Source: Trichosphaerium sp. ATCC 40318
Taxonomy: Eukaryota; Protista; Tubulinea
Reading direction: 5' to 3'
Assembly: GCA_038496445.1 (NCBI GenBank)
Contig: JALMLS010000149.1
Coordinates: 62,001-126,000, forward strand
DNA length: 64,000 bases
Positions 12,171 through 24,231 of the stretch are shown one piece after another. The notes below the pieces were generated by a model, which was not told where the DNA came from, ran no database searches, and saw only the letters and a program-made list of their open reading frames with translations. Positions within the stretch are counted from its first letter, which is position 1; every line of letters begins with the position of its first letter. Position numbers and translations under genes: made by a program.

Positions 12171-13520
12171 ATGGAAGGTTACAAAAAGAAAGCTGAAGAG
12201 ACTTTAACGCTTGTAAAAGTACGTCCTGTTGCTGGTTATTTCCATTTTGGAGTCATTGTTTAACGTTTTCTTGTCAGGGGCTCGTTAAAACTATCGATGG
12301 GTTTACTGAGACCAACACTGGTATTGATGGCGTAAAAGGTTCGTTTAATTACAATTTGCCTTATTTCAGGTTTAAGACCCCACCAAGTACATTCCACGCT
12401 TACAGGTAGTAGGATACACTAAACCAATGGAAGGAAGCTACATTTCGTGCTTTCGTGCCGAAGTACGTTTACATTTCGTCTAAATACAGTGAAACTGACG
12501 TTACATAGACCACAATAGATGCACCACCAAAGCAGATCCGTGATCAGTTATGGGAATATAAAAAGGACCAGTGGAACGTAGTAAGTAGCTTTAGTGGTCT
12601 AATGTTGTCATTAACCTTTTTTGCCTAAAAGGATGGCTCTCTTTTGGAATGGGAGGTGCTTGAAACAAGTGAAGACGGAAAATTACGTATTGTTCATCAG
12701 GTACGTTTAATCAACATAACCACGGCGTCGCCAAACGCTGTTGTGTTTTGAAATTTCTCAAAAAAGAATTTTCACGTTTCACCTTTATTTTTTTTAAATT
12801 CTTTTATTCGGTTACAAACACGTTTTTCTTCCCTAGGTTGCGTCCATGCCTTGGCCTATTTGGAACAGAGACGCATGTGTACTCAATTACGCATATGATG
12901 ATCCTGACGGATCATCAATGTTGGTTATTTCATCAGGTTAGTTCAGACTAATAGTGTTTGCTTTGAACTACGCTTTTACTTTTATGTTTGCCTCAATCAA
13001 AGTTAGAATGAAGAAAAGCTAGATTTTGTGTGATACAAAGCCACACAAGGCACAAGGCCAGCCATCGAGCTGGGCAAGCTTTGTTCTTCGTCCTTCATTA
13101 TGCAGATTTAATGTTCATGCTTTTGTTACTTACTTGTTTTATAGTTGAACATCCTAAGGCTCCTAAAAAGCCTACAGAACTTATTCGTGCTATTTGTACT
13201 TTCAGTGTTTACCATTTTGAACCTATTGAAGATGGTAAAAAATCAAGAGCAACACGTGTTGTTCATGTTGATCCTTGTACGTTTTTAGCAATTTGAATTT
13301 CAATCACGGGCTTTTTGCCTTCCTTATGTGTATTTCTAGCTGGATCTATTCCTGCAATGGTTGTCAACATGAAAGCAACGGTAAGGAATATTTCTTTCCT
13401 AAAAATTTCTCGGCTAGTCTAGCTTGAAGAATATCACTATTTCCGCCTTTTTATTCTTATTTTTTTCCTTAGGTTGTATGGCGATTCAAGGAGAATATTA
13501 TCGCTCACATGAAAAAGTAG
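12171..13520 (+). CDS. START (lipid-transfer) domain protein
   Basis: Spliced ASMPWPIWNRD, SVEHPKAP, IRA and VHVDP-GSIPAMVVN are START signatures; stop TAG 13518-13520. Confidence 0.88.
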
Positions 13521-13782
13521 GATACCGGATAATATCGACATGTAGTAGAATAATAAAAGACGAAAAGTGTCAAATTGAAAAAGATAGCAAAGTGTAAAGA
13601 ATTCTGCGAGTTTCAAAAAAACATAACTGTTTGGCTTTCACGGTGCAAGAACAAACCGATTTAGCCTTGTTTTACTTGGAATGCACCACGTGTAAGAAAC
13701 ACAAACATCATGCTAATCATTTATTTTGTAGCAATAAAAACATGCCGTGATAAAGTAATTGCTGGATAAACTGTTGGTACTG

Positions 13783-14316
13783 CTATTCACAGAAGTCTGA
13801 GTTTACTATCTCTGCACCTAATGCCTGGATACTGTCTCTTGAAATTGAAACGCAATCATACAAGGTGATATTGTGTACACCTACAAGCGCCTTCAAACCT
13901 TCATCTGTCACTTTTGTCGATTGTAGATTAATTTGATATACACCTGCCAATGCTTTAATACCCTCATCTGTTACATCACAACAATTTAACTGTATTTTGT
14001 GTACGCCCGCCAATGCTTTCAAACCTTTGTCTGTTACCTTGGTACATGATAAATCAATAGCGTGTACACCTGCTAGCGCCTTGATGCCTTCATCTGTTAT
14101 TGACATACAACGATACAAACTGATTGTATGTACTCCTGCTAGTAAACTCAACTGATTGTCGTTTATATTTCCATAAAGACAAATGGGCGTATTCTTCAAC
14201 AAAGGACTCCCAGAAAGCATCATCACATCGGTAGTGCTTTCGGCATTAATTCGATCATATCCGACGTGGTTATGGACAATGTCCCGCAAGAAGCGGCAAG
14301 TTTGTGCGGAATAAAG
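13783..14316 (-). pseudogene. 5'-truncated intronless LRR gene, paralog of the F-box/LRR at 43991
   Basis: LAGVHxIxL..TDEG repeats; shares LSGSPLLKNT with 43991 ORF; N-terminal F-box replaced by inverted-repeat element, only downstream in-frame Mets remain. Confidence 0.65.
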
Positions 14317-14326
14317 TGTACTAAAA

Positions 14327-14522
14327 TGTCGAAAAAAAAGTCGAAAAAATGTCAAAGTGATATTGAACTGTTCGCCACAAAGGGAGACAACTGGGTTATG
14401 GCGCTCAGTCGCCGCTAGGCTCTGCCCCCCCCAAACCCCCCCTTTCAGGGGGGCTTTCTAAATAGTTCCTATGGCATAATATAGGATAATTAGTGTGCCG
14501 AATTTTCGACTTTTTTTTGACA
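14327..14522. mobile_element. MITE-like element (~200 bp) with ~20-bp terminal inverted repeats
   Basis: TGTCGAAAAAAAAGTCGAAAA (14327-14347) vs TTTTCGACTTTTTTTTGACA (14503-14522); GC-rich core with C-runs and CCCCCC-TTTCA-GGGGGG hairpin; no clear TSD. Confidence 0.55.
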
Positions 14523-15168
14523 AAGTTCTACATATTTGGGTTTCCCTTTGACTTATACTCGATTATTTTGTGATTTGAACTTTTGTATAATATACCACTC
14601 TGTACCATATGAAGTGCCTTTATCTTAGATATCCAAACATCTCTTTCGACTGTTTTTTCCCTACATTAATAATATCACGTGATACTTTTTTTGAAACCAA
14701 ACGTGCATGCAATTATTGTCAGTGTTAGTTCATGAAGCAACGTTACGTCATTGTGTAACGGCTGACTGTTCGAAAAACCAGCGTATTCATAGAGGTCAAT
14801 GTATTCGGTGTATCAGTAACACGAGCAATGAACCAGTTGTCAAAATTATTATGTTCATGAACACTGATAGAATAGAACTGCTTGAACTCTGTTAGGCTGG
14901 TGCTTTTTAATGAGTATGCTACCATGAACTGCTGTTTTTCATTTGTCATTCTATGGCGTTTAATCCCTTCACAGAATGTGGGTGAGTCACTGATTTTGTT
15001 TTAGTCATCTTGTACGATAAAGCCTCCAACATCATATGTACACCTCCGCCTGAACTTGTAGACTTTGCAAAGAGCTTATTAAACGACTTTCGCAACGTTA
15101 CATTAAGGCTGCTATAATCACAAGATAGATTATGGCTCACAATATTGTTTATAGACATTACATAAAAG

Positions 15169-17155
15169 TTACAACGAATTCACAAGCAGACATAGTCCAA
15201 ATAAAAAACTAATCAATGTTGGATAGCCAACGGAATTGGAAGTAGGGATAAGAGTTGGTGCTATTGTTGGCGATAAAGTAGGCGCCTCAGTTGGAATGCT
15301 AGGATCTACAGGAACCATAGTTGTTGGTCCTGTAGTAGAGGGCTCTGGAGAAACTGGAGCCAGTATTGCCGGTGTATCTAAAGCTACTGGAACCCCTGTT
15401 GTTGGTGGCAGTGTGGGTGTAGTTGTAGTAGGCGAGTCTGTAGTAGGTGGAGGCGTAGGCGGAGGACATACAATCTCGTCACCAATGAGCATAATCGAAA
15501 CAGTGTCATTGAAAATATCACTACGAGATGTGCGAGTGGCAACCTGCACAAGACACGCATTAGTACCTTTGACGTTTTTGACTCGTTATACGTACAAAGG
15601 CATATCCACAATCGGTTGGAGTATCTCCAGGAAGCCAAGAAATTACGGGGTAAGATGCTTTTTCGAACACGTGCGGGGGTAATGTTGTTCTAATGAACTC
15701 GCCATTGCTTGCAATTGCTACGACTACTGTACTTGCCAGTTCTCCTGTTGAAGATGGTTCTGTGTATGTTACAAGAAAAGAGAACCCAGGAGCCCCAGAA
15801 GAGGTTATTGAGTATAGTCCACCTTGCCCAGCAAAGCCGCTTTGCATGAATTTTCCATCAGTTGCGATCTCAGTTCTTGATATTATTTCAAAGGATCCTG
15901 ATTCACACTGTACTTTAAATTGCTCAACAAACAATGACTCTTGAGTTCCGTATACAAGTCCCATACTACCCGATACTGTATCAAATGCCATATCTATTGT
16001 ACGCGATATTCGGGATGTAAACCCACTCACAAGAGTTTGTCGTGGAGTGAACTAAACAGTAAGATTAGAAGATAAAGTCAAATAGTTATGTCTTCATTAC
16101 ACCAATATCTAGGTCTGTGAATGTAACTCCGTATAGATCGTAATTGATTCCAATCCCATACACTACAATAAAGCACTTGCCATCGCTAGCTGCATTGGTA
16201 TACAATACATTGTCTTCAACAACTTAAAAAAACAACTTAGCACAAAAAGTTCACACAAAAATACAACTTTTTCTTTGGCGACAAGATTATGCTGGTGTCT
16301 TTCTAACAACGAAAAAACAAACTTCTTTACGCACGTCTTTTACTCTTTAAAATGAATATTGTTGGATTGACAGTCCTATAAACTATTGGATACCGAAAGA
16401 AATTGGTTTGCAGCCCAAGCTGCATTAATAAAAAAGAGTCTAAATACACGTGTCAGAGTAAATAGCATTATAATCTTGTAAACATACTGTTACTATACGC
16501 AAACCCTCCAACTGGATAGAATCGTCCGTCAGAAGCGCCCCTGAAAAGCTGCACTGGGCGTTCCAAATTCCAATCCTATTAAAGTTCCAACAGTGAGCCC
16601 ACTATTTGACAACATCTAACGTACACTTTGATTATACGTGATTTTACGCATAAACACTTCGCCTGGCTGTAACTCTCCAGGTTGTTGGCCATACGCTATG
16701 GCAAAGTTGTTGTCACCATAGATAAGAGCCACATCGGAAGGATTCGCGAAAGGTACAGCTGCTGGCATAACTAGAACTTTTGCTGTATTGGAAATCAATT
16801 CTACATTGTTGTGTATGAGTGCTCGCTAGTAACATTCTTCACTGGTTGTACCTTCTCTTGTACCAATGAGCATCGATACAGAGGTAGCTGTTCTTCGGAT
16901 AGATACGGAACTTACGACGCGTGTAAGTATGCATAAGACATGACCTTTTCCTTCTATATACCCAGAGGCAATAGAAGGCCTTTTGAGTTCATCAAGTCGA
17001 GAAGTATTTGTAATAGTACTAAAAGCATAGTCTTGAAGATCAGTCCACGTGTTGAATGGCAGAGACGCGGTTGTGACTAACTAGCGTTAGACTGGTATTA
17101 AAAAACCAGAACACGTGCAAATCAAGCTTAGTATGACAATGAGATATGACTGCAT
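15169..17155 (-). CDS. Secreted/GPI-anchored surface protein with Pro/Thr-rich stalk
   Basis: Signal-like start MQSYLIVILSLIC (ATG 17155); exons link ORFs 16616-16798, 15560-16030 and 15169-15549; PT-rich tail and hydrophobic C-terminus. Confidence 0.65.
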
Positions 17156-17435
17156 GTTTCAATAAGGTGCGATTAGAGTTTGCTATCCTAACAAATGGAA
17201 ATTTACGAATAAATTCTCCGAACATGTCGCGCGAATGTCTTGATAGAAAATGTAGTTCCGTTTGTTTAATACAACACACTATATCATATAAGGGTATATT
17301 AACCTATACAACAATAGTGGAACAATAGTTGGCATTATGGTACCACTGTGGTTTCAATGAAGAAGCAACTCGTTTTCGCTATCACGTTTCAACACAACGA
17401 TACAATTTTGCAAAGTCAATGGTTGCACACTTTAT

Positions 17436-17762
17436 TTATTGCTCTTCATCAAAGTAGTGCCGACGAACCCATGGCTCATAGGAAAGCATGAGATCAACAT
17501 GATATTTTACCTCTGAATTGATATATTTCTTGTTACTTTTAAGCTTGGTCATGAGAGAAGAACTTAAAGCTTCATCTACATTTGGATAAACGCCATCACC
17601 AATCACACTTTTTGGATGACTTATTTTCGAGAATGCATTGATAATAAGCGCCACACTTGCGTCTGATAGAATAGGTTGTCCGAGCTCGCTGACATGAATA
17701 TCGAGCGCACAAAGGTGAGTATTGGAACGCAATCCACGTGATAAGTGTTGACCAGCTAGCAT
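17436..17762 (-). CDS. Hypothetical protein fragment, possibly RI-like LRR
   Basis: 108-aa ORF with LSRGLRSNTHLCALDI and LSDASVALIINAF; 5' end unresolved. Confidence 0.3.
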   Translation of the reverse strand: MLAGQHLSRGLRSNTHLCALDIHVSELGQPILSDASVALIINAFSKISHPKSVIGDGVYPNVDEALSSSLMTKLKSNKKYINSEVKYHVDLMLSYEPWVRRHYFDEEQ

Positions 17763-18371
17763 AAAAAACCCAGTTCTGCCTGATCGATGACAGAACTTGC
17801 AAATATCACTTTTTTAAACGTGATGCCCTCACGTAGGTCAAGCGGAAAATTTCTTGCGAATCCAGTGATGAAAACAATTGTAAAAACATAATTGACCCTG
17901 GCAGCGTTTACAAAGCCTACAGCAACGTTGGTAGTGTTGTGAGAGGTTTTTACATTAATACACCTGCTTTGCTGTTTGAACGTTGCGAGAGCGCTTCCGT
18001 TAGCGTGAGTAGGCGCTAGCGTAGCGCTAGTAAGTTACTTACATTGATTTTTTAGAAGCAAAACAAACGGCAAACAGTTTGAGGCATTTGTCTGTGTTGG
18101 TGAATGCAAAAGCTTTGTAGACCATCAATCCTTAAAATTCGGTTTTAGCTCAATAGAGTAACAAGAAAAATACGGTCTACAGTATACAAGAAATGAATCT
18201 GGTACTTTACACTAAAATATGTAGGTGTTAGTGAGCACATACGAGATCCTCCAACACCACAAAGCCACGAACAACGCCACAATTCTGTATAAACACATCG
18301 CTCACAAAAAGTATCACAAAGCTCCGAGATATTACTTTTGTAACTTGTCCTGATTTACATTTCTTGTGCGC

Positions 18372-19693
18372 ATGGCAACACGTAGCCAGTTTCATTTTCT
18401 AAGTAAGAGAAATAGATAATAGTAAATGACGAGATACATAATAAATTTTTAGTTGTTTTGGTTTTTGTATTCTTCTCTTGTTACGCCCAAACAAACACGT
18501 GTACATGTTCTTGTAGCACGTGCGAAGCCTGTAACTTTGATAGAAGCGTATGCGATGTTGTAGGAGCTGATATGATAAATACTGATATAGTGGGTACGTA
18601 CATGTTAACACGAAAGCGAAACAGCGATGCGAAAGTTTTTTAAACTATTTTTTAATTAATAATAACTTCTATTCGTAGTCGCATCAGACTGTGTTATTAT
18701 AACAGTTGATGTCCTCAGTATCACAGGAAGAGCTGGAAACGACTGTATCTTTATTGCTGGAGGCGTTACTGTGTCAGGTCCTGTTTCGCTTGAGAATGGT
18801 GATGATTGTATTCGGGTACTAAATGCTGAACTACAAGCGCCACTTACTTCAGGTAACAAAACAATGACGCACAATGTTTGACTAACAGCAATAAGCTGGA
18901 ACCGGCGCTGATTGCCTTCGAGCTGATGGTGGAATACTTACTAGTGTCAGTTTGGGTGGTGGTAATGATGAAGTAGTACTGACAGGTGTCACAGCGTACG
19001 TCTTATTCTCACTTTGGTAAATAATACAAATACAAATTAGTGAAAGTGTCTCCCTTGGGAATGGTAATGATTGCGCACAGTGCAAGGGAAGTACAAGCCC
19101 CATGGTAATATCTAATGCTTTAGATGGCAATGGTGGTGATGATTGTATACTATTCGATGGTGGGAGCAGTGGAGCCATAAATGGTAAATATTTAGATTTT
19201 TATACACTGTTTTTGGGATCTACACTTTGTGTAGAAGAAGACAATTGTTCAGTTTCTCATTTTCTTCCTTTTCTACTATTAAAGTCTTTCGTGCTATTAC
19301 TTATTTGCAAAGGTGGAAACGATGATGATGTAATTATTGTTCAAAGAAGCACATTTGGTGTTGTTCATGGAAATGCCAACAATGATATGCTTCGAGTGGA
19401 TGATTTTCAAACAAGTATTTTTTGACAAATATAAAAACCTTTTAGTTGACTTGTATTAGCTGGGCTGGGAAGAATACAAGGTGGTCCAGGGGATGATTTA
19501 ATAGAAGCATTTAAACATAATGGAGGCCCTTTAACAATAGGCGGGCAAGGTGATTTTGATACGTAAGTACAATTATTTACAAATTGTCCAATGATTCATA
19601 CTTAGATGTTGCGCAGCAGGTACTGGTGTGGTTCCAGATTGCGAAGCAACCACTTCTCCTTGTGTAGAACGTTGTGCTTTAAGGAGAATTTAA
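18372..19693 (+). CDS. Secreted Cys-rich protein with RTX/hemolysin-type Ca-binding repeats (7 introns)
   Basis: Signal peptide MATRSQFHFLIVLVFVFFSCYA; about 10 GxGxDx-type repeats (GRAGNDCI, GGGNDEV, GNGNDCA, GNGGDDCI, GGNDDDVI, GGPGDDLI); stop 19691-19693. Confidence 0.75.
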
Positions 19694-19985
19694 GAACATA
19701 GTCTACCAAGACGTAAAAAACCAACTTTTTATTGTTAGGCTAAACAATAATAAAAGCCAGTTAAATTCTAAGGTTTTTGTCGTTTATACTTATGTGACGT
19801 TACAGTTTTGTAAAGTATAGAAACTGAATGGCAAACAATTCAAGACATAGACAACGAGAAAAATAAAGCTGAGCAGGCAAATGAACAGAAACAAAAACAA
19901 AGAGTTGAGAGAAATTTGTTGAGGCGCTTATCTAGTTAATTGGTGTACAAAGATGCTTCGAAATCCGTTGATACTTTGAAAAGAA

Positions 19986-20525
19986 TCAACATACGGAGGT
20001 TACTTCTTGGCCTTTAACAAAGAATCGAGCTTTACAGCCACCTAACAAAATGAGCGTTTAGCCAGATAAAAAAAACCAATAAATTGTGATTCATACCGCA
20101 GTAGTCTGCTACGCAACATGCATCTCTGATGCGGCATGTAGAGTAGTCACAAGGATTTCGCACACAATGAACAATACCACAAGGACAAGAACAATCAACT
20201 GGTACTCCTACAACCTCGAACTGAGTGATACCTGATCAATTTTTAGAAGTACTTCATCGATTTTTTTACGTACACAAGCCTGGTACAATGCATGTTTTAG
20301 AGCAACACTGTGCCGCTGGTAATCTTGGACAAGCCACTCTATGACAACAACCGCGGTCCAAGGCGCATACGGTATCCGCTTGTCGGTTACAAGACGTCGT
20401 TTCGCATATTTTCGTTCCTGGGCTTGACACTACAACATAGCAGTTAGATTAGCATACAGCCGTTTAACGATCGTGCCGATAACAGAAACCGAAGCTAGTA
20501 GGATGATTACTAAGAGGTACTGCAT
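19986..20525 (-). CDS. Small secreted cysteine-rich protein (4 exons)
   Basis: Signal MQYLLVIILLASVSVI; spliced product ends HCVRNPCDYSTCRIRDACCVADYCGGCKARFFVKGQEVTSVC. Confidence 0.75.
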
Positions 20526-20981
20526 TTAGGAAGATATAACTAGTAAACAAGGTTTTATAGGCAAATCTTTATCGCACATGCACATTTCTCGCTTCCAAAT
20601 AATGATTAACCGTCGCTAATGAAGCGATTCGCATGACATAGCTAGGACGTACAAAAAGCGAGTTGACGTTAGTCTAGCGGTACTTGCGAACGCCAATTAT
20701 GCCTTCAAGATTACTAAAAACCACGAAGGGTAGCGCAGTTCGAGTGTTCGATTAATTTTATTTGAAAAACACGTTTTACAAGAAGCACGTTTCGATTCAT
20801 TAGCACTTTCTAAGCATAAAAATACTGTGTGATAACCACAAAAAGAACGCAGAGTATTATTGTGTTCGTAAGTAAAATGCATGATGCATTCTCGAACTGT
20901 GACTTCTCTGAAAGTGACAAGTTTTAAGAAGAAAAAAATGAGAAAATACTAATTTATTTTTTACGTGATTGGGTGTGCACG

Positions 20982-21978
20982 TTAATGCACCCATACAAAA
21001 GATTTATATTGTATAGCATACTCACGAAATAAACACATTATAAAAAAAGCACCACAAAGACGTAAAGTACGTGCAAGACCTCCTTTGTACAATCTCCTAA
21101 ACCCTCCTTTTGTTTTTGAAATTTCAATCAAAGCAGAAGTCGCAGAAGGCCACCTTTTACCATGCATATCAGATTGTACTAAGGTCTTTGCAGTATCAAA
21201 TGGATGAGATAATAAAGCTGCCATTGTACCAGCCATACAAGAGCCTAGTAAGGAAGCAGCTAATTCAGGCATTTGATATCTCCTTTCAAAGTCTTTTGTT
21301 AAAATAGGTGCAACCCCTAGATACCCACTAGCATAGATAATCTCCCGGCAAGCTGTTGGAGATAATCCATGAAAAATACCCCTCAAACCGAACCTATCAA
21401 AGATTAAGCGAGATTCCCACAAAAGTCAGAAGTTTTTAAACGCACTCTTTGTATAAAATATTTACAGTTGCTACTGGCCCTTTAGACATTTTTTGCTGTT
21501 GGATGGTTACTAGGTCTGCAGTACTACAAATCAAAGATGATACTGCGCCGGCAGCCATGGAACAGACCATTTTTTCTCCTACACATGTTGACATTTATCG
21601 TGAACGCTTAGCAATCAATCAACATACCTGTTGAAAGCTCTCTAAGCTCCCCACGTCTTAGTATCCGCCCGAAAAAGCCGTTTGCGACCATTTGAGCAGA
21701 GGTGAGCGGTGCTATAGCGCCAACTTGTGCCATTGTACCTCTGAACCATCCTAACGCGTGTTTTGGGTACGCCCTGCCTTGTAATATGAGTTTAAGAAAA
21801 AGCTCGCTACAAGGCGTTTCTTTTAGTGCTTACCTTCTTGTATACAAAATTTCCACGTTATCAAAGGCATTTGGATGCCAGTTTGTAGCCCACCGGCAAA
21901 ACCTCCCACAAGTAGGTTTTCAACCTCATTTAGCGGTATTCTACGCGGAACAGATACAACACGTTCACTGGTAGTCAT
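20982..21978 (-). CDS. Mitochondrial carrier family (SLC25) protein
   Basis: Px[D/E]xxK-type signatures (QMPLITWK, SHPFDTAKT), GIFHGL, LYKGGLARTLR; ATG 21978. Confidence 0.9.
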
Positions 21979-22322
21979 TTGGCTGATGTATAGCGTAAAT
22001 TACAACGAGTTTTCAAATATTTCATCATGAATTCGTAATTGTACTGCAATTTCAACAAAGTTCAAACGACGTTCAAAACAAAACTACGAAAACATGCCAA
22101 ATTGGTAAAAGGGACAAAAGTATGCTATAAACATGCTGTCGTATGCTGTTTGATACTTCTAACTTTGGAATTAGTGGTGCGAGTGGTGCGACAGAAATTC
22201 GAGTTTTTTTCGGCATAAAAAAGCTGTTTTTAGAACTTTTTTTCTAGTAAACGTGTTTATTGCATGTATCAAGCGTTAGTGTATAACTTTTCCTTCTACT
22301 TTAGGAATGAGCAAACAAGAAG

Positions 22323-22941
22323 CTATCCTTCAAAGGCGATATCAACCCACGCAACCCAGGATGGGCTTACACTTGTTTCAACCTTTACAAAGCGAGCTGT
22401 GATTGGAGATGGGAAGGTGTAAGTCAACACTTGATTTCGATACGTATATCCATCAAAAGTGTGCGCCAATGTTGGTGTGCTACAATCTTCGCCGTAGTAA
22501 ATCTTGTGAACAGTACGTCCGTTAGGCGCTTGGGTGATAGTCAGCGTTATCTTGGATATACTCTTATTTTCCCAAAAGTCCATAACGAGCCAGCCAGGCG
22601 CATGAGCTAAATTACCAGAATGAGTATTGTCAGGTTTTGATTTTGTTTGTGTGCGTACCACCAGAGTTCCAAATGCCTCCATTTACAAAGTCTAGAACAG
22701 TACTACCTGGATAATTTCTAGAAGCAAAGGCAGAGTTGTAGGTTACTGGACCTGGTGCAATGGTTGGCGGCTGTGTAGTAGGCGCCTCTGTAATTGGCGG
22801 CTCTGTAGTTGGCGGCTGTGTTGTAGGCGGATTGGTTGTAGGTGCATCGGTTGTAGGCGGATTGGTAACAGGAACCTGTTGTGCGGAGGTTGATATTATT
22901 GTAGTCAGTACAAGCAAGCAAATTGTAAGAAGCGTTGCCAT
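22323..22941 (-). CDS. Secreted protein: signal peptide, PPTT repeats, F5/8 (discoidin/CBM32-like) domain; one intron
   Basis: MATLLTICLLVL; PPTTxxPTT repeats; WNSG-AHAPGWLVMDF and ARFVKVETSVSPSWVAW. Confidence 0.75.
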
Positions 22942-24231
22942 TGTTTGTGGGAGTTTGGATATTGTGTGTATAAAAAGTTGAAAAATACTGCAAACTTACC
23001 AAATGACGCCATTTCTCGTATCAAACACGAACAGAGTATTATTCAAATACAAATGGTTCGGGAAGCCACGTGATTCTGGAAGCACGTTTCAAAAAACTAC
23101 AAGTTACGTGATAATTTGAATTTGGGCTCACTTCTCTTCACCAAACTTCACGGGTGCCCTCGTCAGGACCTACTTGCGGAAGTCTTCCGACGCAACGTAG
23201 TAAATAGCAATCCATAACGTACAAGACCCTTCCATCACTATTTTTAACTGTTTGTGCCCTTTCTGTATACATGAAGGTGCCTGTTTCTTGGAGGCTGACC
23301 GAATGTATCACTCAACTAAAACCACTCCGCCGATTGAGGTTAAACTAGCTATTTTAGTACAATCACAAGCTTCGCCGGTACAATGAAACAACTGTGTGCT
23401 TAGCGAATTATATCACCTTAATCCATGGTTGGCGGCCGTAAATGGATACGTAAATGGATACTGCAGTATTTCTACAAAGCTAGACCTTTTGTGCTTACAA
23501 CTTTAGCTTACCATTGAGGCTGAAAAGCAGCTTGAGCACTACGGATTGCGTCCGTCGCCTGTTTTTGTGGCGGAGCTTATAAAACCATGTGAAGGTCACG
23601 TATTCACACGATATCACAAGAGGTAGTGCCGTGTATTCAGAGGAATATGTCAATAGGTAGTATCAATCAAGTGATATTAACCATTGTATGTTATGCTACG
23701 GAGATGTACAAGTTTGGCAAGCAGTTCACAATTGTAAAACAATATTCTAACACGTTTAGATCATATACATGACTACGCTATTCTGAAAAGTAGGAGTTTG
23801 CATCGCTTTGGGTAACTGTAGTTGTATTCAAATGGCTATAATTTTATTTATGCTTTACTTTCACATGCAATACCAGCATAGTAATGAACAGGTAATTACG
23901 TTTCATGTTAGAAAATTGGCTTACGTACTTTGCAATTAAAGCACATATAGATTCTTTTATAAATACCCCAGTACATGCAGATGTCTCAAAGAAAGCGCCA
24001 ATCAGTTATATATCTTAGTTTTTTCTTACCTTCACCCTCAGGTATGTCAATATACGTTTGGTTTGTAAGTCGCATTAACAAGAACTATAGCTACAAACAC
24101 AATTATTTTTTTGACAGTAGTTGCTATATTTGAACAGTAGCTATCGTGGTTAATCGAAAAAAAAACAACATTTTTGCATAAATTTGCTAATTTTCAACAA
24201 ACGGGTTCTTTTTTCTATTTGCGGCGAGGTA

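Noticed and set aside
14700-15158. Short minus-strand ORFs next to the MITE
   Set aside because: No recognisable motif or consistent splice model; not the missing F-box
15236-15682. Val/Gly-rich plus-strand ORF (also 22760-22981)
   Set aside because: Antisense shadow of Pro/Thr-rich repeats on the minus strand
18010-18045. Hairpin GCGCTAGCGTAGCGC followed by TAG as a Helitron 3' end
   Set aside because: No 5' end or second copy; too short to support
20665-20750. tRNA-like A box (TAGTCTAGCGG) and partial B box (GTTCGA)
   Set aside because: No acceptor or anticodon stems could be formed
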